From Gracilinanus agilis (taxonomy: Eukaryota): 64,000 nt of DNA. The stretch lies in NCBI RefSeq assembly GCF_016433145.1, contig NC_058134.1:5477678-5541677 (forward strand). Direction: 5' to 3'. Below the pieces are notes generated by a model that was not told where the DNA came from, ran no database searches, and saw nothing but the letters and a program-made list of their open reading frames with translations. Numbering within the stretch: position 1 is the stretch's first letter; the number at the start of each line of letters is the position of its first letter. A program made the position numbers and the translations under genes. Shown piece by piece: positions 1 to 13,099 of the stretch.

Positions 1-469
1 CACCATTGGCCGAGAATAAGAACTCTATTCAGAATATAAACGCGATAGATTCTCTTTTTGATATTTTCTTAATATCCCTCCACTTTGGAATTGCAACCCA
101 GTGGTTTATTACACTGGCTCAAGAGAATTCTGGCTTTAAGATTGCTTCTGGGTCTTTTTATTCTTGGGGCCTTGCAGAAAAGGAGATGAGAGTGTACCTG
201 GGGTTATCTTCCTTTCACTCATTTATAACTGGCACTTTGCTGAGGCAGAGACCATTTAATCTTAGCCTATCATTGCAGGCTGTTTGCTTTCTGTGTAATG
301 GTTATGTCCTACTTAAACATTTCTCTGGGAATCATACCAAAAAGGTGCCCTCCACCTGCTGGTGCACCTGAGCAAGACCACAGAATTCTGAGCCAAAGCT
401 GCCTGTTGCTTAGCCAGGGGCCAGACATGTTTGAGGGATAGCTCACAAAAGCCATGTATGCCCAGGGTC

Positions 470-660
470 TAGGAACAAGATAATCATATTTCAGCTTTGA
501 CTCCCACAGACACAATGAAAATCTTCTCAGGCTAGGAATCAAGAGTTCCATCTCTCACACTTGTTAGCTATATAATTTAACTTCTCTGGGTCTCAGTTTT
601 CTTACCTGAAAAATGGGCATAATGGTATTTGCACTGACTCCCCTGGGTTGCTATGAAAGG
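470..660 (+). mobile_element. MIR-type CORE-SINE
   Basis: Core motif 'ctctgggtctcagttttcttacctgaaaaatggg' followed by 'aataatggtattt...ccctgggttgctatga'; boundaries approximate. Confidence 0.7.
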
Positions 661-1599
661 AAGGTTTTTGCAAACTTCAGAGATGTGAGCTATTATTGTT
701 TTCTATGCTAAGCATCCTTCATCCTTTATGGAAACCAAGACTGTCAGGCACTTCCTTGACTTCTTTACAACTCAATTTTGGTTTTCTATAAGGATGTCAT
801 TGTATCTGTCTTTGACCCTTCTTTCTCAAAACCAGGGAACACAGAAAAGCAACTCAAATAGGGTCCTTTCTCTACATCTGCAGACAAATGAAAATTCCCA
901 CAGAAATGATTTTTTCCTTATTTTGATCCTTCTGAATCCGATGACTCTCTGGAGGATCTCTAGTTTTTATCCCTGCACATCCTTCCCAACATGTGTTTGT
1001 AATGCATTTCCTATTGTGATTCAGTTTCTAAAGGCTGGGCTTTGCAGTCCATAGCTTCCTCTCTTTGGTGAGGCCTGCCAACTGACAGAAGCATCTTGTT
1101 CCTCCTGATCATCCCCACATGAGGATGAAATCACTTTCCTCTCTAGGCTTTGCCTTAGTTTCTGGGGATTTTATTTTCTTTGGGACTTGCATTTTCCCCA
1201 CTCCCATATTTCCATTTTTGGCATAGGAAGGGAAGCAGCAGGTAAAGGGATCTCCCAGTGGTGTGGTCTTGCTGATGGATTCAGGGAATTAAAATCAATG
1301 TAAAAGAAAACTATTGCAATTATTTCCCAGACCACCCACACTGTAGCTGTGAACCTTTCTTGGATGCCATTTTTGTAAAAAACAGCTGTTTCAAGGAGAC
1401 TGCTGTAGTTCTAGCAGAAAAGGGGAAACACAAGTCATCATAATTACAAAAAACATGTGAAAGCCTTATGTAGACATACAGAAAACAGACCTTCTCAAAA
1501 TGGAAGGAAACAACATTCTATTCCATGAAAAGCTTCACCACCCATCAGTGCTACAGATATCTGGAAAGAACCCACCAAAGAAAGACTACCTAGAGCGTG

Positions 1600-1790
1600 A
1601 TGAGTCTCAGGAAGATGGGAATTCAAATCCTTCCTCAGATGTTTACTAACTGTGCTATCCAGGAAAAGTCACTTCACCTCAGCCTGCCTCAAATTCCTCA
1701 TCTGTAAAAAGAGGATAATAATGGCACCTCCTCTCAGGGTGGTTGTGAGGATCAAAATAAATAATAAATGGGAAGCCCTTTGTAAAGCTT
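1600..1790 (+). mobile_element. MIR-type CORE-SINE
   Basis: B-box-like 'gggaattcaaatcc' and core 'ctcaaattcctcatctgtaaaaagaggataataatggcacc...gggttgtgaggatcaaa'. Confidence 0.8.
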
Positions 1791-2199
1791 AAGGAGCTCT
1801 GTAAATTCTGGCCCCTTTTATTATTGCAGGAGAAAGGATTTTCAGTGTCCAGGTAGGGACTAGTGATTAAGGTCTTTCTACTGATGACATCAGCAGGTCT
1901 GTGGGGAAGCAGCTAACAGAGGTGTTTCAGCTGGGTCAATGCTTGGAGTGTGAGAGGCTTTCAGCTTTGTATAAATTCCTATATTTATAGGTGGTGGTTT
2001 CCTGGGCAGCCTTCATATTCATTAACACTAGAATGATTATATTAGGAGTGTGTCCCTTAAACTGGTTTTAAAAGTGTCATGGGCTCATGCTAGATGACAC
2101 CACCATTCTGCCTACTTCACCTAGAGGGGCCTAGGATACTCATAACTTTGGGATCTCCAGAACAAATGGGCTTTTATTTCATCCTTTTAAACCCCTGAC

Positions 2200-2520
2200 A
2201 GTGGGGTGAGGAATTATGGAGAAAATAACCATAAGGGAACCCACGACCATGTTCTACTACTTTGGAGCCAAGGCTGACACCCAAATAGATGCCTTTCATT
2301 GCTTCAAAGTGTGATTTAGTTTTTCTTGTGAACTTCCAGTATGGAAACTTCCTCTGCTGAGAGTAACTGCTAACTTCAAGAGTGTTCAAATTTCTGGGCC
2401 ACTGAGAGGTTAACTGACTTGCCCAGGGTCACACAGCATGTTAGTGTTAGGAGCCAAACTTAGACCTAAGTGGTCTTGACTCTAAGACTCTTGACTCTCT
2501 TCACTATTCCTCAGCCAGGA
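2200..2520 (-). mobile_element. CORE-SINE with LINE-derived tail (MIR3/Mar3-like)
   Basis: Antisense core 'gagaggttaactgacttgcccagggtcacacag' preceded by a 'ggaaacttcctctgc' tail segment that recurs near 36720. Confidence 0.6.
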
Positions 2521-2548
2521 TCTAAGTACTAATAAACCTAAAAATCAC

Positions 2549-3147
2549 TTTATTTATTTATTTATATTATTTTTTCTATAGTTATGTGATTCTTGATTTT
2601 TTCTGCCCCTCCTCCCTCCCCTCTCCTGGATCTAACAAGCAGTTCCACTGGATTATACATGTGACTTGTTTAAAATCCATTTCTGTGTTATTTATATTTG
2701 AAGTAGAGTGATCTTTTAACATCAAAACACCAATCCTATCCCCATTGAACCACGTGATCTATCCTATGTTTTTCTACTGCGTTTCTGCTCCCACAGTTCT
2801 TTCTCAGGATGTGGATACATTCTTTCTCCTAAGTCCCTCGGGATTGTCCTGGGTCATTGCATTGTTACTAGTAGCAAAGTCAGTTACATTTGATCGTGCT
2901 ACAATGTATCTTTCTCTGTGTACAATGTTCTCCTGGTTCTGCTCCTTTCACTCTGCATCAGTTCATGGAGGCCTTTCTAGTTCACATGGAATTCCTCTAG
3001 TTTGTTATTCCTTTTAGCAAAATAGTATTCCATCACCAACAGATACCACAATTTGTTCAGCCATTCCCCAATCAAAGGGCATCCCTTCATTTTCCAATTT
3101 TTTGCCACCACAAAGAGAGTGGCTAAAAATATTTTTGTTCAAGTCTT
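2549..3147 (-). mobile_element. L1 3' end (marsupial L1, 5'-truncated)
   Basis: Degenerate poly(T), 3' UTR 'cagttccactggattatacatgtg', ORF2 C-terminal antisense 'ttctcctggttctgctcctttcactctgcatcagttcatggagg'. Confidence 0.9.
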
Positions 3148-3658
3148 TGTACTTTCAAAAGCAGATATTTTACCCATGGAAGAAAGATCTCTCCGACAGA
3201 GACTGAGGAGTAGGCTTTATAGAACAGGGACCTGGAATGTTCTGGTTGGCCAGTGATCTTTTTCAGTAGATCAAATGAACTCTTTTTATTCATCAGAGTA
3301 TTTCCACTAAGCCTACACTCCTACCTTAGTTTTATGCACATTTTAAATTCAAAACAAATAGAAAATAAAACCTTTTTGTTTTCTACTCTGGGTTTTAGAA
3401 TCAGGTTTTTGGGATCCTGTATTCTTGGCAAAATAAATCTGGATTTTTTCCGCAGTGGCAGCGGGTCTAGTCCTCCCTTCCCTCTACTGAAACATGGAAC
3501 TCCATTCATCCAGAGCATTCTTTATACTTAATCCTAGCTACACGAGTCTTTTCTCTCTCTACTCAGGTTTCACCTTTTCCCTCCCTCCAATTCATGATTC
3601 AAAAGACATTCCTCCTCATTGCTCTCAACAAAGAATTTGTATTGAGCATCTATTATTT

Positions 3659-3823
3659 TTAAAATACTAATATTTTATTTTTCTCCAAATATATTTAAAA
3701 TAAAAAAAAACTATTTAAAAATGTCGAGTTCTAAATGTTGTCTCTTTCTTTCACTGTCCCTCTCTTGCTTCCTTCTACTCCTCCTCCTCCCTGATACAGT
3801 AAGCAATCCAATATAGATTTGAC
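3659..3823 (-). mobile_element. Short 5'-truncated L1 3' UTR insertion with 18-bp TSD
   Basis: Direct repeat attgagcatctattattt at 3641-3658 and 3824-3841 flanks a T-rich L1-type 3' UTR piece. Confidence 0.8.
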
Positions 3824-3869
3824 ATTGAGCATCTATTATTTATAAATAATAATTGCCAATAATATCAGC

Positions 3870-4080
3870 CAGTAATTACAAAGCACTTTAAGGATTGTGG
3901 AAAAGAAATGTTTACTTTTTCTCATTTGATCTTCACACAATCTCTTTGAGGCAAGTGAATTATTGTGATCATTTTACAGGTAAGGAAACTGAGGCTAAGC
4001 AGAGTTAAGTAATTTGTCCATTGTCATACAGCAAAGATGCGTTATCTGAGGTCTTGCTGACTTCAAATTGAGTACTTTAT
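3870..4080 (-). mobile_element. MIR
   Basis: 'cattttacaggtaaggaaactgaggctaagcagagttaagtaatttgtcc'. Confidence 0.8.
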
Positions 4081-5044
4081 CCATTCAATCACCTTGTTGT
4101 TTCAGATAATTTCTCCAATCATTTTAATTGCTCAATGATATAAATACAGGAAAATATATCTGAAATAAAAGAATTTTTCACTTATTAAGAGCTTAAGATA
4201 GATGACATTTCATTTACAGAATGAATTTTCAAGGATGACATTTCTGTTTACTGACATCTAGAGGGATCATTCTATAGTAACCTAGTAATACCAGCCAGTT
4301 TCTCAGATGTTCATTCATTTGTTCACTAAGCAAATTAGATATTATAAGAGATTGACTATATGTGACTATATATAAGATATTAACTATATATCATATAAAT
4401 AAAATTTCTCTTTTATTGTGATATTTTAGTCTCTGTGTCTTTCCATGTTGTATTTTTCATGGTCCTACCCCTTCTGAGCAGCCACTCATTCTTTCTAGAA
4501 TGAGCTCTTTGCTTCAATCATTTCCTCAGTGGTCATGGCCAAATAAACAGCTTAATTATATTAGATGAAAGCAGAGTAAACAACAGAGTTGTAACCATTC
4601 ATACTATGAAGCACAGTTTGAATGAAGCATACCTTCTTTGGAATGTGCTGCTTTAAACACCACTCTTCAAGGGTGGAGTCCATTTCCCCTCTCATCAGTC
4701 TTCTAAGTTGTAAATAGAAGTGATCATGAAGCTGATTTGCTTAATTATACTGTCTTGTATACACAGCCTAGAATCAAATAGTCTGTGAGGGTTTATGGGC
4801 GGAAGAGATTTTTACTGACTTGGAACATTAGGGAAAGTAGTGGACCTAAAAAGTAGGACCAGATCAGAATCCTACCCGCTAGTGGCTTATAGCGAAGTTG
4901 ATGTGGCAGCCTATATGAATCAAAAGATCACAACAATTCCTGAAGAATTCCAATCCTTCATTGGAAGTGTGTTTTGTAAATGTTTAAAAAAAAGAAAAGA
5001 AATAAATTTGTTCTGTAGATATAAAGGCAGCCTGGAGCTCAGAA

Positions 5045-5220
5045 ACCCTTACCTTCCATCTTAGAATCAATACTGCATTCCAAGGTAGAGGAGTGGGTAA
5101 GGGCTAGGCGACTGGGGTTAAATGACTTTCTCAGGGTCACATATTTAGAAAGTGTTTGAGATCAGATTTGAACTCAGGACTTTCTATATCCTGGGTTGGC
5201 TTTTTATCCACTGTTGCCCC
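5045..5220 (-). mobile_element. Marsupial/opossum CORE-SINE
   Basis: 'aaacccttaccttccatcttagaatcaatactg...gggctaggcgactggggttaaatgact...gggtcac...gatttgaactcagg'. Confidence 0.85.
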
Positions 5221-5337
5221 AAGAGGGTGCATTATTAGACCCCTGTTTGTGCCTTAATTTCAAAAGTCTCATGGTTTCTTTGAAAACATCAACAGGTTAT
5301 TATCTAGAACTCAGCTAGAAGAACCCTGGGTCTAGAG

Positions 5338-5528
5338 CAGTGATTCCCAAAGTGGACACCACCTCCCCCTGGTGGGTGTTGCTGTGATCCAGGGAGGAGC
5401 TGATGGCCACAGGTGCATTTATTTTTCTTATTAATTGCTATTAAAATAAAAAAAATAATTTCCAGGGGGCTAAGGAATATTTTTTTCTGGAAAGGGGGCA
5501 GTAGGCCAAAAAAGTTTGGGAACTTCTG
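5338..5528. mobile_element. hAT (Charlie-type) MITE, family A
   Basis: TIRs cagtgattcccaaa / tttgggaacttctg; 8-bp TSD gtctagag (5330-5337) / gactagag (5529-5536); inverted sister copy at 11599-11791. Confidence 0.9.
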
Positions 5529-6159
5529 GACTAGAGGAACAGGGCACAGGACCAGCTAGGTGAAGGGTGGCAAAAGCACCCAGAATCTTCAAGTTGAAAA
5601 GGCTTTTAGAGGGGTCTAGTGTAAACAGGAATCATCGGAAGGGCTCTCTGTTGTTGACAGCTTCCAGTGATCCATTCCCTGCAGCAGGCTCCTCTTGGTG
5701 TTTTGGGTTCCACAAACTAAAGGTATGTTTCACTCATGGGACACCTCCTTCATTCCTGCATGGGGGCCGAAACAAGCCTCTAATTTTTGTTGAGAATGCT
5801 GTCTGACACCTAGAGGATGCTTGGTGCCTGATCCAGTGTGGGCTTGCTTATTCTTTTGTTCCTTCTAGAGGAAGAGGAATGTTCAGAGGATTGAAAACAG
5901 GGCTTGTTTCTCTTGATCACACCTGTTGTGACCCAGCAGGAAAAGCCGCTGAGCTGGGTTTTCCAGGAATTGTTGTCTGCCTGGCACAGAGGCTTTTGGA
6001 GATGGAGGTACTGATTGGTTGTCATGGGGACTTCATTTCCACTCTAATTTCTTAAGTCTTTTCCTCCCTAAAGGAGTGTGGTCTGTGGTCATGATGTGGA
6101 ACACTTCTAGAGTTCTTGTTCACGGTTAATCAGGGATAGCAGGAAAAAAAATATTCTTT

Positions 6160-8160
6160 TAAAGAAAATTTTTTGTTGATATCTTTTAAAAAATATGTTT
6201 TTCATACTTTTCAATGCATCCTTCTGTCCTCCAATGAAAGCTTCTTTGTAACAAAGGATGAAAAGGAAGGGAGAGCATATTCAGCACGTTCCTTTAAGAG
6301 ATGATATTTTTTCTTCTTCCAAAATGACTGTCACCTTTTTGCTCAGCTCTATCAAGTATCTCCTTGGTAGTTTGTTATAACAAAGAATCTCTAAATGAAT
6401 ATAGACACCACTGCCATTTTTGTCATATTGGCAGGCAGTCAAAACTTCTGTTATTTGAGTTATCTTTCATTTTCTCAAGAGGATTGTTGTGTCCAAACAG
6501 GTATTGAATACCTCTTGATAAATCAACTGCCACAGATTTCATATATTTTGGAGGGATTTTAAACAAGATTATTATCTTTTAAATTTTATTTATTATTCTA
6601 TTTATTCAATATTACTCTATTTTATTTTTTCTATTATTTCTCTTTGGATATCATAATTGTTCTCTAGAAATGATCTTAAATTTTGGAGTTTCTTTTTTAA
6701 TCTGCTACAGTTTGGAAACTAATGGTCTCAATTAATCTTTTTGATGATTTCTCAGGATTTTCCAAGTAAACCATTATGCCATTGGCATATAGGTATAACT
6801 TCGGTTTCTTGACCTATCTTAATTTCCTTATTATTTTTTCTTGTCACCATTTCTAGAACTACATCAAATAACAGAGGTGAAAAGAAGTAATAGTTGTTAT
6901 TCTTATATGCTGGGAAAGTTCCTAGTATTTCACCAATGAATAAAATGCTAGACTTTGGTTTTATATTAAGACAATTTTTTAAAACTTCTATTAAAAGATC
7001 CCCCTAGCCTTATGTAGGTTTTTTTTTTATCATAAATGAACAGGATACTTTTTCAGACATTTTCTGTATCTACTGTTATGATTGTGTGGTTAGGGTGCTT
7101 TTGTTTTTGATATGATTAATTATATTTATTGTTTTTCTAATATTGAAGCAATCTTCTGCCCATGGTGTAGCTCCAACTTGATCATAATGAATGATTTTAA
7201 AAAATAAATTGCTTTAGCTATTTTTCCAGAATTTTACTGAGAATTTTAGAATTAATATTCATTAATACTCTCAGTCTATAGTCCTCTTTCTTTGTTTTGT
7301 GTTTCCCTGGTTGGGATTAGATGACTATGTTTTCATAATAAAATATTTTGGTTGTTTTCTTCTAAATTCTTGAGAATAATTTCTGTAATCTGGGTATTAA
7401 TTTTTCTTTAAGTGTAGGTTAAAATTCTCCAAAAATTTCATTTTGACTTTTATTTTTCCATCTTAGTCCCCTTATACCCATTTCAATGTGAATGAAATTG
7501 GATTAAAGGTAATGTTCTGCAAATATGGGCATTTTATAAATAACAATTTTGATTGCTTATTTTAAATATATAATTGTGCAAAATAGATTATGATAATTTT
7601 TATTCTTTCTCATTTTTGTTGCTTTTCTATTTTTTTCTAATTTAATTCTCTATCAAGTATCTCTTCTCTTATTTAATTGATATTTCTGGTCTTTTCAAAG
7701 AACCAGATTTTTTTTAGCATCTCTAGTATCTTTTCTGTTTTCAGTTTATCTATTATTCTTCTTCCAATGTTAAGAATTCTTACTAAGTGCTTATTCAGGA
7801 TTTGATTAAATCCCTGCTATTTAATGGAACATTTGGTGTATTAATACTCTTTTTATTCTATTAATGTGTTTTTGGGAATTTATGCTCCTTTTTCTTTTCT
7901 GATAACTGTATCCCAGAAACTATGGTATATTGTTTTCTCATCATTTTCTTTCAGATATTATTGTTTCTGTGGTTTGTTCCTTGACACACTCATTATTTAA
8001 GTTTTTATATTGTTTCCAATTAGACCCATTTTTTGCAACAGGTTTATATTGGTTATTTTTTTCTTGTATTATATTCTTTAGAGGATGCGTTTGCAATCTG
8101 CTTTTTTTTATTGTTGTGCCATTGATCATGATTTATTTTGATAGAGGTTCTGTATGATGC
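6160..8160 (-). mobile_element. Old, fragmented L1 (3' UTR and ORF2 remnants)
   Basis: T-rich antisense ORF2; track ORF 7941-8129(-) 'NWKQYKNLNNECVKEQTTETI' matches the L1 segment after the endonuclease (WKLNN.LLNNEWVK.QI.E.I). Confidence 0.8.
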
Positions 8161-8244
8161 TAATAAATATGCAGATTCTCTAATGTCTATAATCTTAAGA
8201 TGCTACCATTTTTCAGTTTAAAATTGTTCAAGATTGTGCTCAGA

Positions 8245-8375
8245 GATAACTAAGTGTCTCAGTGGATTGAAAGCCAGGCCTGGAGACTGGGGGTCCTGGG
8301 TTCAGGTATGGCCTCTTACACTTCCTAGTTGTGTGACCCTGAGCAAGTCACTTAACTCTTATTGCTCTCTTCTGT
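8245..8375 (+). mobile_element. Marsupial CORE-SINE
   Basis: 'ctcagtggattgaaagccaggcctggagactgggggtcctgggttc...ctagttgtgtgaccctgagcaagtcacttaac'. Confidence 0.85.
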
Positions 8376-8419
8376 CTGAATCAATACTTTTGACACAATA
8401 GTATTGATTCAAAGACAGA

Positions 8420-8905
8420 AGATAAGTTTTTTAAGGTTTTGCTCAGCTCACAATTTTAATTTTTCTTCATCTTTTAGATGTATTTGTCTAATACTGTGCT
8501 TCTGTCTTTTTGTAATTCAGTTAACATTCCTTTATCAGCTTTGGTGTTCTGCCATTTAACATGACTATTGGTTCATTTTAGTCCTAATGCGTTTCATTAG
8601 CTATCTTGAATGATATTGTGAATTTTTATTTTTGATTTGTCTGATACATCATTGTAATTCTTGCTTTTTTGGTATATTTTGTGGTACTTTTGACAAGATT
8701 CATAGTAATTTTTGCTCCAAATGTACTCTAAATCTGTATTTATATCTATGTTTAAAATATAGTTTTGTTAAACAATAGATTGTGTGATTCTGTGTTCTTC
8801 TTTATTTCTTCCATTCTCATTTAAATCTTTAGTCCACTCAAATGTGAAGTTATAAAATAGGCTTCTGTTTTCCTCCATTTGTTTCATATAACCCCCAGTA
8901 TTGTC
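8420..8905 (-). mobile_element. Old L1 ORF2 fragment
   Basis: T-rich antisense continuation of the 6160-8160 element ('tagttttgttaaacaatagattgtg'). Confidence 0.6.
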
Positions 8906-8914
8906 ATCCTGTCA

Positions 8915-8975
8915 TTTTTTTTTAAACCCTTAACTTCTGTGTATTGGCTCCTTGGTGGAAGAGTGGTAAGCGTGG
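8915..8975 (-). mobile_element. SINE1_Mdo-like 3' tail fragment
   Basis: 'tttttttttaaacccttaacttctgtgtattggctccttggtggaagagtggtaag', near-identical to the tail of the full copy at 55299. Confidence 0.8.
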
Positions 8976-9029
8976 GTCATGTTGTCATTTTTAAAAGAGG
9001 TATATTTCATGGTGCAGTAAAAAAGAGTA

Positions 9030-9230
9030 TTTAAAATGAGCCAGATGTTAGAGTACAATTTATACTTTGCCATCTACAATGAAACTAAAGACTTGGAGGA
9101 AGACCTGGGTTCAAATCCTGCCTTAGATACTAGCTGTATAATCGTGAGCAGACAGCATCATCTTTTTGAGCCTCAGTTTCTTCATTTCTTAAATGGGGAC
9201 AATAATAACTATTGACTCTATCTCCTAGGG
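9030..9230 (+). mobile_element. MIR-type CORE-SINE
   Basis: 'gacctgggttcaaatcctgccttagatactagctg...gagcctcagtttcttcatttcttaaatgggg'. Confidence 0.8.
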
Positions 9231-11159
9231 TCAAACTTCATCACAACGTGGGTCATAGTTAGAGACTATCATGACCATGAACAAATCACTCAATTTCTCC
9301 TAGACTTAAGCTTTTTATCTATAAAATTTTGAGATGGTACTACGAGAGCTGTAAGGTCCCTGTACCACCAAATCCTTTGTGCAAATGTTGAGGTTGTAAG
9401 GAGTATGTAACAAAGATAATGATGTACGATGGCTCATCCACTTTTGCCTGCATTGCTTCTAATAAAGTATTGACCCTTTTCAGATTAGAGTGGATCATTC
9501 TGCAAAACTAGGCTCCTTTGCACTTTGGAATATTTGTGAGGTTTCGAGTAGCTCATTCTCATAAACAAGAGGTCTGGATGAGGATGCCATGAAAGGACAA
9601 AAGACATAGAGACCCTTGGAATTCAAGACACATGAGTTACTTAATGTGCAAGTATTTCATGTATTCCTCTTGGTTTGGATGCACTCTTCTGATGGATATT
9701 GCTTGTATTTTGAGAGAGTGTGCTTTCAAGTCTATTGAGGTCTGTGTTTTGTACAAGTAGTTCTTACTGTGCTATTTTAGTAAATTTCTTTCCTTTGATT
9801 TAATTGTGTCTATTGGCTGACTACTAAAGGCAGGCACACTGGTAGGGGTTCGTGAATATAACTTACACATTTTCCAAGAAGGAGTTGCAACTGCCTTCTT
9901 AGAAGCTACAGGGACCAACCCAAGAGTATACTGCCAATAGGAAGAGTAACTCAGAGGGGGAGGAGGGGTCTCTATTGAGATGCTGCATTTAAGAATGGTA
10001 TTATTATTCATAAGCATAATAGAAACCCCGCATATGATTGTTGCAGTACATCACAATATCAGCAATGATAGATTTATGGTAAGGAGCTTTGAAGTCAAGT
10101 TTTGGTTCCATCATTTACTACCTCTTTGATCTTCAGCAAGTCCTATCTCTCTGGCCTCATGTTCCTTATCAACACAATAGAGAATTGGCTAAGACAGTTT
10201 CAAAGTTCCCTTTCAGCACAAATGAAGGAGTATTTTATTGCTTTTACTTTTCACAATAGACAGATCTCTCTGTCTCTGTCTGTACCCCTCTCTATGTCTA
10301 TCTCTCTTGTAATGTGGATAACAAGACAAGTTATTGCTACTTAAGATTAAATCACCTACTGAGGAATGCATGTGGACACCACTGTCCTCTCTGAAAATGT
10401 TGACGTCTGTGTTGGTTCCTCTGCTTTTGCATTACAGCCTCCTCTCTTTTTCGGGAGATGGAAGAGTGGTTACCTAGACAGACTCACATTTCATTTTCAC
10501 AAAGCACTAAGCACCTGGCATTTGTACTGAACCCTCTGAATTTACTCTCCACCGTTCTGGACCCATTTCTTCAGCCTCCTCCCCACTCCTGCTTCCTTAT
10601 CATTAGGTTAGGAGAGCACATGTGCCATTTGGAGGAGTGCTCAGTCCATGCTCACATCTCTCAGCATTTCTCCAAGCAGCCCAGTGACTCTTGTCTGCTT
10701 GCCTGCCACAGGGGCCATCACCCTGATTTCCAAAACCTAATCCCCCTGACCCCTGCAGAGAGTGACCACCTCCTGGGGTATGATCTCCCCATGACCGTGT
10801 CTATCTGGCTTTGCATCTTTGGGCACTACTCACTTTGTTTTTTTCTTTTCCTTCTGGCAATCATCTTTTTAAAAAAATGGGTGGGAAGTGGGGCTAGAAT
10901 GATTATAGTCAAAGGTCCTTTGACCATGGTGGGCTGCGTGGTTCTCTGTAATCTGAAGCCTCCCAATAACTGTCTTAGTCCAATTTTGTGTATGGAATAA
11001 GGTGGATTTTCTCCAAAGATTTGCTACCTCAGGAGGATACTGGAAACTCTTGTATTGCTTCTTTAGTCTAGAGATGAAGCCTTACATAATAAAAGATACA
11101 TGGGTTATATGATAAACATTTCTTATAGCTGAATTAGTTTCATATCTAAAAATGGAGCT

Positions 11160-11340
11160 TAATATTTGACATAGTGAAAAGAGTCCTGGATTCAAAGAGG
11201 GAAGACGTTGGTTTGAATCCTAGTTATGTTCTGAGTGGCCTTGAACACATTATTTATCTTTATCAGGCCTCAGTTTCCCCAGCTATAAAATGGAAGTTTT
11301 AGATAAATGATCTGCAAAGGCCTTAGCTCCAAATTCCATA
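11160..11340 (+). mobile_element. MIR
   Basis: 'catagtgaaaagagtcctggattc...ggtttgaatcc...ggcctcagtttccccagctataaaatgg'. Confidence 0.75.
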
Positions 11341-11598
11341 AAATGATGCAGAGTGAGAATTCATTCCACAGGAGCCAAGCAAAACGTTCATGAAGCTAAA
11401 AATCATCCAAGGAAGATTAAAGTCCATAGATTTCTGATTATTTGAAAAACTAGACCAGTGATTTCATGGCTAGCATTAGCCTTCAGTAAAGAGCTCCCTC
11501 ACCAATGCTGATCAATACCTTCACTGCTACTCAAAGGCTTTGGGAGTCATCTCAGGCATTCAGATTGAGTTGTCCAGGGTTCTACTATCCATCTACAT

Positions 11599-11791
11599 CA
11601 GTGATTCCCAAACTTTTTTGGCCTACTTCTGCCTTTCCAGAAAAAATATTACTTAGCCCTCCTGGAAATTAATTTTTTAAAATTTTAATAGCAATTAATA
11701 GGGAAGATAAATACACCTGTGGCCATCACCGCCCCCCTGGATCGCTGTAGCACCCACCAGGGGGCGGTGGCACCCACTTTGGGAATCACTG
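11599..11791. mobile_element. hAT (Charlie-type) MITE, family A
   Basis: TIRs cagtgattcccaaa / tttgggaatcactg; TSD atctacat (11591-11598) / atctatat (11792-11799); reverse complement of the 5338 copy. Confidence 0.92.
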
Positions 11792-13099
11792 ATCTATATG
11801 ATTCAAGCAGAACTTGAACTCACGTTTTCTTTCCTCAGAGGCTGTCTTTCTATACACTGCACTACCACACGCTTCCATCATTAGAATCTACAGGATGCCC
11901 ATCCCAATATTCTGTTTTGAAAACTGGCATCTTCTTTGGAATGTCCCTCATATTCCTCACCTGAGTGGAGTCTTTGCTCAAAGACAATTCCATTTCCAAG
12001 GTTGGCACAAATAAATGGGAGAGTGTCTGGCTCAGTTGGTGCCTGTGTGTCCTTGTCCCTAATGTCCCCAGCATTTACATAAAACCTGGCAGTTTGGCTG
12101 CAGCTTTGGGACTTCAGTGGCTTAAGGAAACCCATTGAAAGGCAAAAACATGCTGGAGGATTATGGCTGAGGAAGATGGAGATCAAAGGTTTCTGCTGAA
12201 ACAGATGATAATGAATGTTTGAATAAAGATGCTGAAAGACCAGATCTCTGGGCTGCTGCGATGATCAGCTGATGTGGACATTGTTTTGAGGTAGAAAATG
12301 CATTAAAAATAAGCCCAGGAACTGATTAAAACCCCCTTAATTAACCCTGTAGGGAATTGTAGGAAAGGGCATGCTCAGAATGTCAAGCCTGGCTCTTGCA
12401 CCGGAAGATCCGGCTTGTTTCTGTCACTCCGGGGTGACATGATGGAATCTGAAGGACAAGGACAGATGAGGAGGATGAGCCTCTCCTAGGTCTGCACAAT
12501 TCAGGGGACAAAGGCCTGATGAGTCAACGTGTTCAGTCCAAAAACCCACAAGAAGGAGATGTGGCTTTCTTCCCTGATTTTCTCAACTCTAGAACAAATC
12601 TTGTATGGAACCAGACTATGATAAACAGTCATGATATTAGTGTTGCATCTTAAGTTGTGTCAAGAACTTTGCAAATGTCTCCTTCGATCCCACCATCAAT
12701 AGGAATGATGGGGGCATTTTCTTCCTGGTTTGACCCATGAACATGAATTTGAGAAGTGACATGATGGCCCAGGTCACAGAGCCCAGAAGTACAAAGCTTA
12801 TTGAGGACCCCTGAGAGAAATGGATGGACCCATCTCAGGTGGTGGCCTTCTGGTTAAAACATGGTGGAGACTAGCTTGGGATGGAGGATTTCCTAACTCC
12901 ATGTCCAGCTCTCTTTTCCAGAACCACCTAATTATTGAAGTTCGCACATGTGCCATAGAGTTCAAGTATCACACTTTTACTCTGTGTCTCGTCTCCATTG
13001 AAGCCTGTGAGTGATGCTCATTAGTATCCTACCTGATTGTCCAACGGTCAACAAGTTTCTGTTGTGCTCTTCTCAGTAGTTAAGGTGAGATGATCAAAG

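Noticed and set aside
6-371. 121-aa ORF at the window start
   Set aside because: Non-ATG start, no recognisable domain, no convincing splice sites; composition looks like background.
10458-11000. Longest ORF in the track (180 aa)
   Set aside because: No recognisable motif; Leu/Ser/Phe/Cys-rich composition typical of chance ORFs in non-coding DNA.
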